The notes under the pieces: model-generated | The model's input: the letters and a program-made list of their open reading frames with translations, nothing else | What the model was told of the DNA's origin: nothing | Databases searched by the model: none | IMG/VR virus record: IMGVR_UViG_3300043244_000127 | Coordinates: 1 to 26,900 of that record | Length of the DNA: 26,900 bases | Reading direction: 5' to 3' (one strand) | Source of the DNA: a virus | Lineage: Duplodnaviria; Caudoviricetes | Position numbers and translations under genes: made by a program | Shown here: positions 18,620-26,216 of the stretch, piece by piece | Layout: the number at the start of each line of letters is the position of its first letter | Position numbering within the stretch: position 1 is the stretch's first letter

Positions 18620-19090
18620 TCACGCCCGCACGATCTCGGCGGCGAGGTTCCAGGCGGCGCCCGGGCCGGCGCCGCCCTTGAGCGTCACGATCAGATCCGC
18701 CGCCCGCCCGGGCGGCGAGGCGAAGCCGGCCAGCTCCCACAGCGCCTTGCCGTGTTCGGTCAGCGGCCGGTTGATGAGCGGCACGCCGATCGCGCCGGCC
18801 GCGACCGAGGCGTCGATGTTGCTCGCCAGACAAGCCGGGGCGTCGACCGTGCCGATGTCGAGCAGGCGCCCGGCGCCCAGAGCGGCGTCGAAGAAGAGCC
18901 GCGAGGTGCGCAACACCGTCGCATTGTAGTCGAGCCGACCCAGACGGATGACGTCGTTCAGCGCGAAGTTGGCCGGCACGGCCGCGCGCTCGACGAGCTG
19001 CGAGAGCTCGCCGTCGCGGTGACGCGGGGCGACGAGCCGCGGGGGGAAACCGGCCTCCGGGCCGGCGATCAGGGTTCCATTGACGGGCAT
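18620..19090 (-). CDS. Putative capsid cement/decoration protein, 156 aa
   Basis: GGAGG RBS before the ATG at 19090, beta-rich sequence, directly after the major capsid gene as for BPP-1/epsilon15 cement genes. Confidence 0.6.
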   Translation of the reverse strand: MPVNGTLIAGPEAGFPPRLVAPRHRDGELSQLVERAAVPANFALNDVIRLGRLDYNATVLRTSRLFFDAALGAGRLLDIGTVDAPACLASNIDASVAAGAIGVPLINRPLTEHGKALWELAGFASPPGRAADLIVTLKGGAGPGAAWNLAAEIVRA

Positions 19091-19114
19091 GTGAGCCTCC
19101 AAGAAAATCGATGC

Positions 19115-19153
19115 ACAAGAGAGCGGGAAGCGGCGGCGGCCGCCGCTTCCCTC
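19115..19153 (-). terminator. Hairpin/weak terminator after the major capsid gene
   Basis: 12-bp stem GGGAAGCGGCGG (19125-19136) / CCGCCGCTTCCC (19140-19151), followed on the minus strand by GCTCTCTTGT (poor U tract). Confidence 0.45.
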
Positions 19154-19157
19154 GGGA

Positions 19158-20084
19158 TCAGGCCATCACGTCGATCAGCACGACGCCTTCGTCGAATTCG
19201 CGCAGGCCGCCGTGGCGGAAGGCGTAATAGGCGTAAGGCGTGTAAGAGCGGTCGGCGCGCTTGGAGAGGGTCGCGGTCTCGATGTCGGTCGACTTGTAGC
19301 TGACCGCGGTGTCGAGATAGGCGATCAGGCGGCGCTGGTTGGCGGCCGGCACGGTGAAATAATCGTCCGGCAGGATCAGGAAGTCGAAGCCCATCCAGTT
19401 GGTGATTTCGCCGTTGACGAGCGCCTTGACCGCCGTGAAGTCGACCGAGGTCGTTTCGATCGAGGTCAGCATGTTCTGGATGTCGTCTTCCGACACGATC
19501 AGTTTGCGCTTGCCCTTGATGAAGCTCTTGGCGAGCAAGCTCTTGGCCCGGCGCAGCTTGGCCGGCGTCAAGGGCAGGTTGGCGGCCCCCGGCGCGGCCG
19601 CGCCGTCGGCCTTGCCGCGATAGAAGGCGTTTTCCTGCACGCCGATGATGCGGGAGACGGGGAAGGGCGTCGAGACTTCCCCGCTGTTGCCTTCCCGCGC
19701 CGGGCCTTGCAGCACCGACATGATCTTGCGATCGCGCGAGCGTTCCTTGCCGGCGATCATGGCGCGCATCGCGCCGCTCGTCGGATCGGCCAGCTTGTTG
19801 AGCTTGTCCTGCTCATCGATGAATTTGCCGTCGTGTTCGGCGTCGTAGGTGCCCACGCGCCGGCCTTCGCCGACGAAGCCTTCGGGGCTCTTCGGCGCGC
19901 GGCCGCTGCGCGCCTGCGGGTCGCTGCGATCTTGATATTCGCTCGTGAAGAAGATGCCGGGCTGCGACACGTTCAGATCGGCCATCACGTGGGGAACCAG
20001 AATCGACGCCTCTTGCTGGGGGCGCAGCTTCATGTTGTTCGCGAACGCGATCACCGTGGTTTGATCGAGGGTGAGTTCAGTCAT
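19158..20084 (-). CDS. Major capsid protein, 308 aa
   Basis: AFANNMKLRPQQEASIL, FIDEQDKLNKLADPTS and TSVDFTAVKALVNGEITNWMGFDF match HTVC010P/BPP-1-type capsids. AAAGGA RBS. Follows the scaffold gene. Confidence 0.92.
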   Translation of the reverse strand: MTELTLDQTTVIAFANNMKLRPQQEASILVPHVMADLNVSQPGIFFTSEYQDRSDPQARSGRAPKSPEGFVGEGRRVGTYDAEHDGKFIDEQDKLNKLADPTSGAMRAMIAGKERSRDRKIMSVLQGPAREGNSGEVSTPFPVSRIIGVQENAFYRGKADGAAAPGAANLPLTPAKLRRAKSLLAKSFIKGKRKLIVSEDDIQNMLTSIETTSVDFTAVKALVNGEITNWMGFDFLILPDDYFTVPAANQRRLIAYLDTAVSYKSTDIETATLSKRADRSYTPYAYYAFRHGGLREFDEGVVLIDVMA

Positions 20085-20257
20085 CGGACTGTCCTTTGAG
20101 GAATTGCTGGAGCTTGGCGGCAGCAGTCCCCGGGTCCACCGGATGCGAGCCTACGGCCGATCCGGGCGGTCAGGATGGGGCGTCGGCCTCCAGTCCCCTG
20201 ATCGCTCACCCGTTCCGAGCGCGAATGTGATTCGGATGCTCTGATTTGCGCGCGCCG

Positions 20258-21121
20258 TCAACCGCCGGCCGCGACGCGATTGAGATTGCGCCACGTCTCC
20301 ATGGCTTGGCCGTGACCCGGATCGCCGGCCGTGGTCAGCTGGCGCATGAAGGTCGCGTCGGCCGAAAGCGCGTTGATCCGGCCTTGGGCTTCCCCGGCCG
20401 TCATGCCGGCGACTTGACCGCGCCCGCCGCCGCCCGGGCCTGCGCCCGGCAAGGCCCCGCTCGGCTCGATCTTGGCGACCAGATCGCCGACCAGTTTCAC
20501 CATCATCGGGTGATCGGCGAGGCCCGAGCGATCGAGGAATTGGACGAGCTCGGGCGCGGCATTCTTGGCGACGTAGCTCTGCGCGAGCGCCAGGCGCGCG
20601 TCGAATTGCGCGCCCCATTCCGACTTGAGCTGTGCGGTCGCCGCGGCCGTCGCGGCTTCGCTGGCGGCCTTGTCGGCCGCCATGATCTGGGCGCCGTGCT
20701 CGTTCTGGAATTGCCACAAGGCCTTGGCCTGCGTCGCCGTCAGCCCCAGCTCGTGAAAGAGCGCGCGGGCGCGGTCGGCGGTTTCTTTCGTCACGTCGGC
20801 GATGCCTTCGGGCGGCGCGGGCAATTCGTAGCCATCGGGCGCCGACGGCCGGCCCAGCTGATCCCAGACCTTGCCCATCGCCGCCGGGTCCTCGCCTTCG
20901 GGCAAGCGCAGCAAGCGTTCTTCAGGGACGCCGACGTGCTTGTCGAGCGTGAGCTTGGCGGCCGCGAACTTTTCAAGCGTCTCGTAACGCGCGATCCCGA
21001 CGTGATCGCGCAGCGTCTCGGGCAGCGCGTCGCGCCACGACGCGGCGGGCGGCGGCGGGGGCGAGGCGACGGCTTCAGACGAGGAAGGGGTCGTTTCCGG
21101 CGTCAAGGTCGTTTCGGTCAT
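20258..21121 (-). CDS. Capsid scaffolding protein, 287 aa
   Basis: WRDALPETLR, LGRPSAPDGY, FHELGLTATQA and LKSEWG motifs. Lies between portal and capsid genes. Confidence 0.85.
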   Translation of the reverse strand: MTETTLTPETTPSSSEAVASPPPPPAASWRDALPETLRDHVGIARYETLEKFAAAKLTLDKHVGVPEERLLRLPEGEDPAAMGKVWDQLGRPSAPDGYELPAPPEGIADVTKETADRARALFHELGLTATQAKALWQFQNEHGAQIMAADKAASEAATAAATAQLKSEWGAQFDARLALAQSYVAKNAAPELVQFLDRSGLADHPMMVKLVGDLVAKIEPSGALPGAGPGGGGRGQVAGMTAGEAQGRINALSADATFMRQLTTAGDPGHGQAMETWRNLNRVAAGG

Positions 21122-21434
21122 GGGCGGCTCCGGGGTTGAAATCGGGGTCGGGCGAGGCGGACGGTGCGTCCAGGCGGAAGTCGACGAGCGCGCGCGCGAG
21201 GATTTCGGCGACGACGGCCTTGATCCCGTCGAGATAGGCGGCGTCGGCGTGCGAGGTGCCCGGCGTAAACGACGGGGCCATGACCTGCTTTTGCATGTAG
21301 AGATCGAACAGGACGATGCGGCCGGCCTCGGTCGCGAACGCGCGCTTGTAGGCCTCGTCGATCCTTTCCGGGCTCACGTCGACGTCGGCGTGCCCGACCG
21401 CCCAGGCGGCGAACGCGAACAATTTGGCGGTCAA
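21075..21434 (-). CDS. Bbp19-like small head protein, 119 aa
   Basis: YKRAFATEAGRIVLFDL..AAYLDG motif. The TTG start overlaps the portal TGA. Confidence 0.75.
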   Translation of the reverse strand: MTAKLFAFAAWAVGHADVDVSPERIDEAYKRAFATEAGRIVLFDLYMQKQVMAPSFTPGTSHADAAYLDGIKAVVAEILARALVDFRLDAPSASPDPDFNPGAAHDRNDLDAGNDPFLV

Positions 21435-23101
21435 ATCATGTCTCCCAGCGCTTCAGGCTGCATGCCGAGGCTCGCCAGCGCTTGCGCGCCGTCCCGCGCG
21501 GCTTGCGCGCCCGCTTGGATGTTGGCGATTTCCTCTTGGCCGGCCGCGGCCTCTTCGTCCGCCGCCTGGGCGGCTTTGACGTCGGCTTCGCTTTTCAGCA
21601 GCTTCATCGGCAGGCCGATGCGCTCGGCGACGTAGTCGATCGCCGCCGCCCCGTCGAACTTGCGCTTGGCCACGCCCGGGTCGACCGATTCCATCAGCTG
21701 CAGCAGGGCCATGAACCGCGTGACGGCGTCGACCTCGCCGCGCTGCAATGCCAGATGCAGCGGCGTGCGGTAAAGAAAGCGCACGTCCGCGCCGGCCAAG
21801 GCGTCGGGCGCTTCGTCGAACCAATCCTCGTCGCTCATCACGACGAACGCATGCTCGGCGATCGGATCGAGCGCCTCGCTTTCCTGACGCACCACCATGT
21901 GCGCCAAGCCCGCCGCCCGCAGATCCTTGCGGTCATTGACGGCCGTCGCGGTCTCCGCGATGCCGTCGGGCAGCGTCATCCAGTCGGTGAAGAAGGCCGC
22001 GTCGATCTTGTCGTGGATCATTTCCAGCATGGCCACGCCCAGCTGGACGTCGCCCGATCGCTGCAGCTCCCTGACCGGATCGCCGCGCACCAAGGCCGCC
22101 TTGGTGGCGTCATACATGTTGACCGCGCCGGGTCGGCGATCGATCTTCCGCATCATGAAGCCCGTGGGCATCATCAAGGTGGGGTCGGCGGCCTGTTCGG
22201 CCAGCCGCAGCACCGTTTCGGCGATCGCATTGGCGAGCTTGACGTCGGGCAAGGCCTCATCGGCCGGCCCGTAGCCATAAATCTCGTCGGGCCGCTTGTA
22301 GAAACGCCCGACCGCCCAAGGAAAGCGATCGCGGCCGCCTTCGACGAGGATTTCCGGCCCCTCGACATAGAATTCCACTTCGCGCCAGCGCCGATTGACC
22401 GGGGCGTCGGCGGCCAGTCCGGGCGTGAACGACTGACGCGGCTCGATCGCGTGCACGATCGTGCAGATCTTGTGAGCGTCGTGCTTGGCGGCCTCGCGCA
22501 GCTTCTCGCTCTCGGGCCACCGTTCGGCCGCGCGCCAGGCGGCGACCTCGTATTTGCGATAGAGCGTGTCGACGCGGCCGTCCTGATCGACGTCGACCCA
22601 GCAATTCCACATCGAGACCGCGCGAAAGACCGGCCCGCCGCCGGGCGCGCGCCCAAGCCAGACATAGGCGTTGCCGAACAGCACCAGATCGTCGGTGTAT
22701 TCGGCGAGGGCGACCGCGAACAGGGACGCCGTGCTCGTCAGCACCGCATGCATGGTCCGCATCGTGTCGTCGAGCCATTGCCGCGCGGCCTCGTCCGGCG
22801 CCCCCTTGAGCGGCACGGGGATCGCCCAGGGCGAGAGCGGATTGACCATGCCGCCGTGCAATTGCGCCGTCAGGCGCTGCTTGGCGGTGCGGCCATGGCC
22901 GTCGAACAAGCGTCGCCCGCGCAACTGGCCCTTTTCAGGGCGCAGATCCGAGCCGCGCGTCACGCCCAGATATTCGGCGATCTCGCGCCATTGCGCTTCG
23001 TAAGGCTGGCGCAGGCGCTGCAGCTCTTGCCAGCGCCGCAGAAGCTTGGTGACGGCCTCGCGCTTGCGCTCGCTCGGATCGGGCGGGGTCTGATCAGCCA
23101 C
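21431..23101 (-). CDS. Portal / head-to-tail connector, 556 aa
   Basis: RQPYEAQWREIAEYL, DLVLFGNA, DGRVDTLYRK, EIYGYGPADEALPDVK and ETATAV motifs of T7/BPP-1-type connectors. Confidence 0.95.
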   Translation of the reverse strand: MADQTPPDPSERKREAVTKLLRRWQELQRLRQPYEAQWREIAEYLGVTRGSDLRPEKGQLRGRRLFDGHGRTAKQRLTAQLHGGMVNPLSPWAIPVPLKGAPDEAARQWLDDTMRTMHAVLTSTASLFAVALAEYTDDLVLFGNAYVWLGRAPGGGPVFRAVSMWNCWVDVDQDGRVDTLYRKYEVAAWRAAERWPESEKLREAAKHDAHKICTIVHAIEPRQSFTPGLAADAPVNRRWREVEFYVEGPEILVEGGRDRFPWAVGRFYKRPDEIYGYGPADEALPDVKLANAIAETVLRLAEQAADPTLMMPTGFMMRKIDRRPGAVNMYDATKAALVRGDPVRELQRSGDVQLGVAMLEMIHDKIDAAFFTDWMTLPDGIAETATAVNDRKDLRAAGLAHMVVRQESEALDPIAEHAFVVMSDEDWFDEAPDALAGADVRFLYRTPLHLALQRGEVDAVTRFMALLQLMESVDPGVAKRKFDGAAAIDYVAERIGLPMKLLKSEADVKAAQAADEEAAAGQEEIANIQAGAQAARDGAQALASLGMQPEALGDMI

Positions 23102-23303
23102 CGGTGACCGTCGCGCGGCCGGGGAGCAGACTGGGCAAGGCGCCGCCGGGCATGACGGGGCCGGTCGAGGACATGAGGCTCACGGCGCGCCGGCCGGTCT
23201 TGCCCCGGCGCAGCTCGCGCTCGCGCGCGGCCCGGCTCGCCTCATCCTCCGCGTTCGGCGGCGGGGGCGGGGGCGGCGGCAGCTTGGGCGCGCGAAAGCT
23301 CAT
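23094..23303 (-). CDS. Small proline-rich virion protein preceding the portal, 69 aa
   Basis: [28 protein letters not shown]. Conserved position between TerL and portal in this phage type. Confidence 0.8.
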   Translation of the reverse strand: MSFRAPKLPPPPPPPPNAEDEASRAARERELRRGKTGRRAVSLMSSTGPVMPGGALPSLLPGRATVTGG

Positions 23304-23307
23304 GGAC

Positions 23308-24873
23308 CTATCCCAGAACGATTTCCAGATCGTGCGGGTCGGCCAGGGTTAGGCCGGGGGCCATGGCGTCCATGTCCTCGCGGTCCATCGCGACGTCGGC
23401 CATCGGACGCATCATGGAGAGATATTGCAGGGCGTCGTGAGGGTGCGAGTAGCGGTTTTTGACGATCCGCTCGTGTTCGGCGACCGCGCCGTCCTGCGCG
23501 TTGGCGCGCCGCAGCCTGTAGCCGCTGTTGAACCCCGCCCGCAGCACCGCGCACGCGGGCGACAGGCGAAAGCCGCGCGCGCCCAGGCGCAACCGCTTGC
23601 GCACCGACAGCACGCGCGTCTGGGGATCATTGGTGTGAGGCACGCTCACCGGCCACCCGGTGAAGATCGCGAACTGGGCGATCCAGGTGCGATCCTCTTC
23701 GGCCAGATCCGCGCCCAGCCCCAAGAGCCGCGCCCGATTGGCCGGGTCGGGATAGGCCATGGCACAGCGCAGCCCGGGCCAGCGCTCGCCGACGAACCGC
23801 ACCAGCTTGCGCGCGAAGGTTTCGACGTCCCAATAGGCATCGTCGGGCGTCGTGAACTCGGCGAACACCACGAGCGCGCCGCGGTGATCCTCCTGCGCCA
23901 GCACCGCCGCCGGGCGGCCGCCGCCGTCGAGCCCGGCATAGAAGGGCTTTTGCGGATCCGGATCGATCGGGGCGGCGGCCACGTGCGCGTCGTCGTCCCA
24001 ATCCTCGCCGAACACGGGCTCGCCGGACCGCGAAAAGCCCCAGCGGTTTTCGATCATGCGGCGGACTTCCCATTTCTCCATCTGGCGCGCGCGGTGGCGA
24101 TAATAATCCGGGTGGATTTTGCGCAATTGGCGCATGTTCTCGGCTTCGGCCGAAAAGCCGCTGGGCTGGACGATGAAGGTCAGGCCTTCCTTGCGCTCGC
24201 TCACGCACGCCTTGAACAGCCAATGGGCCTCGTCTTCGGCGTTGAAGTCCCCGAACACGCCGAACCACCGCACCACGCCGTCAGAAGGGCGATGATCGGG
24301 CGAGGGGTAGCGGCCGCAGCGCCGGTAAAAGGCGCTGAGGACGTTGTCGGGCAGGGTGTTCACCTCGTTGAGATAGATCCACGTGGCCTCGAGCCCGGCG
24401 ATGAAGTCGCTCAAGGTCGCGTCCGAGATCGCGCGGAACTCATGGATGAGATGATACTTCTGGCAGACCAGGCCCGCTTGGTTCTTGTGGCGCCCCTTCG
24501 GATCCGGGATCAGGAGCTCGATCGTGTGCGTGGCGGGCTCGCCCTTGCCGCCGACCCACGTCGATCCGACCATGTTTTTCGGCCAGCACTGCCAATAGGT
24601 GGGGATCGTCTTGTCCCAAAGGTCCCGATAGGTCGCGCGGATGACATAGCCCTTGACGTAGATGACGCCATCGTGTGGACTTGGAGCCTGTTGCTGCGCC
24701 GCCCACAGCTTTTTCACCCCTGATGCGACGCTTTTCCCGGACCCCTCGGGTCCCATGATCAGCGTGATTTGATCGGCGCTGCTGATGTAAGCCTGCGCTT
24801 TCGGCCCAGGCGGCAGATAATTGGTCAGCAGCGAGCGGACGGCCTGATCCCGGACCCGTGGGCTTGTCACCAT
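23308..24873 (-). CDS. terL: Terminase large subunit, 521 aa
   Basis: Walker A GPEGSGKS, VIRATYRDL, Walker B-like WIYLNE, nuclease motifs GLDGGGRPAAV and SHPHDALQY. Confidence 0.95.
   Translation of the reverse strand: MVTSPRVRDQAVRSLLTNYLPPGPKAQAYISSADQITLIMGPEGSGKSVASGVKKLWAAQQQAPSPHDGVIYVKGYVIRATYRDLWDKTIPTYWQCWPKNMVGSTWVGGKGEPATHTIELLIPDPKGRHKNQAGLVCQKYHLIHEFRAISDATLSDFIAGLEATWIYLNEVNTLPDNVLSAFYRRCGRYPSPDHRPSDGVVRWFGVFGDFNAEDEAHWLFKACVSERKEGLTFIVQPSGFSAEAENMRQLRKIHPDYYRHRARQMEKWEVRRMIENRWGFSRSGEPVFGEDWDDDAHVAAAPIDPDPQKPFYAGLDGGGRPAAVLAQEDHRGALVVFAEFTTPDDAYWDVETFARKLVRFVGERWPGLRCAMAYPDPANRARLLGLGADLAEEDRTWIAQFAIFTGWPVSVPHTNDPQTRVLSVRKRLRLGARGFRLSPACAVLRAGFNSGYRLRRANAQDGAVAEHERIVKNRYSHPHDALQYLSMMRPMADVAMDREDMDAMAPGLTLADPHDLEIVLG
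23333..23358 (-). promoter_or_regulatory. Conserved late-gene motif, copy 2
   Basis: Exact match to 6464-6489. Inside the terL 3' end (where it includes a rare CTA Leu codon), 29 nt upstream of the next ATG. Confidence 0.6.
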
Positions 24874-25065
24874 TTCGCGGCGTCTTTTCCATTTTCACGA
24901 AGCGAAGGCCTGTCCGCGCGCGACCCGACACGGGGTCGGGCGTGGCTCGCGCGCGGGGGGCGGGGGTCGCGATGGGCCGGGGGGGTCCGGCCGGCCCGAC
25001 TGGCGACGATCGTGCCGGCCGCTGACGGCCGGTCAGCTGCTCTCGCGCGCGAAAGTTGAACATGA

Positions 25066-25626
25066 TCAAGCGCTTGCGTCATCATCGCCCGCATCTGTGA
25101 TCCCCCCCTCTGTGACTTCTGCGACGGCGTCGATGATTTCCCCTGTGAAATCAGTGTCCAAGCCGAACCCGACATGCGCGGCGGCTTGCGGCTCGCTCGC
25201 CCACATGTTGACTTGGAACAGCGGCAAGGCCTCGCCCTCTTGGCCGGTCACCTCGACGCGCTGGACGGGCAGGCCGCGCCCATAGCGGTTCACCTCGACC
25301 GCGCACTTGCGCTGATACTCGGCCGCCTCAAGGACCTCGCAGCCCAGCACGCGCGCGGCTTCCTGCACGGTCAGGGTCAGCCAATCGGCCATCCACAGGA
25401 GCGGATCGGTCCCCGCGCGCGCTTGGATCAACGCCAAGAGCTTGGCCGCATCGCGCGACTTCGCCCCGCGCGGCCGGCCCATCTTTTTCACCGGCCGCCC
25501 GAGCCTGTCCGCCGCCGACCGCAAAACGGAGCTTCCGCCGGCGTCGTCGAACGCCAGGGCGCGCGTCGACGGTTCGGCCGGCCGACCGGTCGCCAGAAGA
25601 TCGCCCAGGACGGACTTTCTGCCCAC
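25066..25626 (-). CDS. terS: Probable terminase small subunit, about 186 aa (start uncertain; ORF open to 25731)
   Basis: GRPRGAKSR..DPLLWMA..LGC..QRKCAVE..Y..VEVTG pattern, upstream of terL. GAGG lies 8 nt before the GTG at 25626. Confidence 0.65.
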   Translation of the reverse strand: MGRKSVLGDLLATGRPAEPSTRALAFDDAGGSSVLRSAADRLGRPVKKMGRPRGAKSRDAAKLLALIQARAGTDPLLWMADWLTLTVQEAARVLGCEVLEAAEYQRKCAVEVNRYGRGLPVQRVEVTGQEGEALPLFQVNMWASEPQAAAHVGFGLDTDFTGEIIDAVAEVTEGGITDAGDDDASA

Positions 25627-25679
25627 TTTCCACGCCTCGCCGGCGAGCTCGACCCGCTCGCCGGGCGAACTTGGGCGCC

Positions 25680-25696
25680 CGGCCACGGTTAGGCCG
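25680..25696 (-). promoter_or_regulatory. Conserved late-gene motif, copy 3 (CGGCCTAACCGTGGCCG)
   Basis: 16/17 match to the core of copies 1 and 2, same orientation, upstream of the probable terS start. Confidence 0.5.
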
Positions 25697-25728
25697 AGGA
25701 AGTCGCGCCCAGATCGGCGAAACTGCGC

Positions 25729-26007
25729 CAATCTACGGCCAATCTGCGCGGCCGAGGCCCCGCCGTAGATTGCCTTTTTGAATGATTACAGAGGCTTGAA
25801 CCTATCAATCTGCCAATCTGCCAATCTACGACAAAAAACCCATACACGAGAGTTTCGCCCCCTTGGCCGAGGTCGCAGGCGCGCGCGTGTATGGCGCTTT
25901 TTTCGCGTAGATTGGCAGATTGGCAGATTTGGGCGCGCAAGCCTTTGAAATCAAAGGCAAAGGCAATCTACGGCGCACGCTTCAATCCGTAGATTGGCCG
26001 TAGATTG
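25729..26007. repeat. Mirror-symmetric iteron-like array (12 x CAATCTRC), candidate replication origin or protein-binding site
   Basis: Forward copies at 25729, 25740, 25806, 25814, 25822 and 25964. Reverse copies at 25765, 25907, 25915, 25923 (one mismatch), 25989 and 26000. All six pairs are symmetric about 25868. The repeat is certain, the function is inferred. Confidence 0.85.
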
Positions 26008-26136
26008 CGCCCAGATGCGCGGCGCGACGCGGCCCGACCGGACATTCGCCCCTTTCGTCGAAGCCCGCAAGAGTCGGGGTCCGGCCGCGCGGCATGATCG
26101 CCCCCGGGTTCGGGCCGAACATCGTCGCGCCCGGGC

Positions 26137-26165
26137 TTGACAGGCCAGATGTTCCCACATATGTG
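26137..26165 (+). promoter_or_regulatory. Sigma70-type promoter for the DUF932 gene
   Basis: Perfect TTGACA (26137-26142), 17-nt spacer, TATGTG (26160-26165). The palindrome CACATATGTG overlaps the -10 box. Confidence 0.6.
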
Positions 26166-26216
26166 CACAAACACGGCCGACGCATCGGGCGCGGCCGCGC
26201 TTCAGGAGCAACAGAC

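Noticed and set aside
18612-19160. T7 gp10B-like capsid extension by read-through or frameshift
   Set aside because: Read-through enters the junk 18612-19118 frame rather than the cement gene. There is no slippery site, and the downstream gene has its own GGAGG RBS.
24360-24385. TerL Walker B reading YLNE rather than hhhhDE as a sign of inactivation
   Set aside because: NE variants occur in this terminase group, and all other ATPase and nuclease motifs are intact.
2368-24723. Very long plus-strand ORFs (2368-6483, 6574-10470, 9609-12344, 12175-14163, 15054-18125, 21482-23107, 23425-24723)
   Set aside because: Antisense shadows of high-GC minus-strand genes: Arg/Ala/Gly-rich, no motifs, and fully overlapping well-supported phage genes.
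25627-25731. TTG start at 25731 for terS
   Set aside because: It lies inside the iteron array with no RBS and would run through the late motif. The GTG at 25626 has a GAGG RBS.
25729-26007. CRISPR array or protelomerase (telRL) site
   Set aside because: Units are 8 bp, in both orientations, with no unique 30-40-nt spacers and no cas genes. The centre is not a long perfect palindrome and no protelomerase gene is present.
25705-26016. GCGCCCAGAT direct repeat (25705-25714, 26007-26016) as a target-site duplication of a MITE
   Set aside because: The copies are placed asymmetrically to the inverted arms and partly resemble the iteron itself. A 10-bp GC-rich match is weak evidence.
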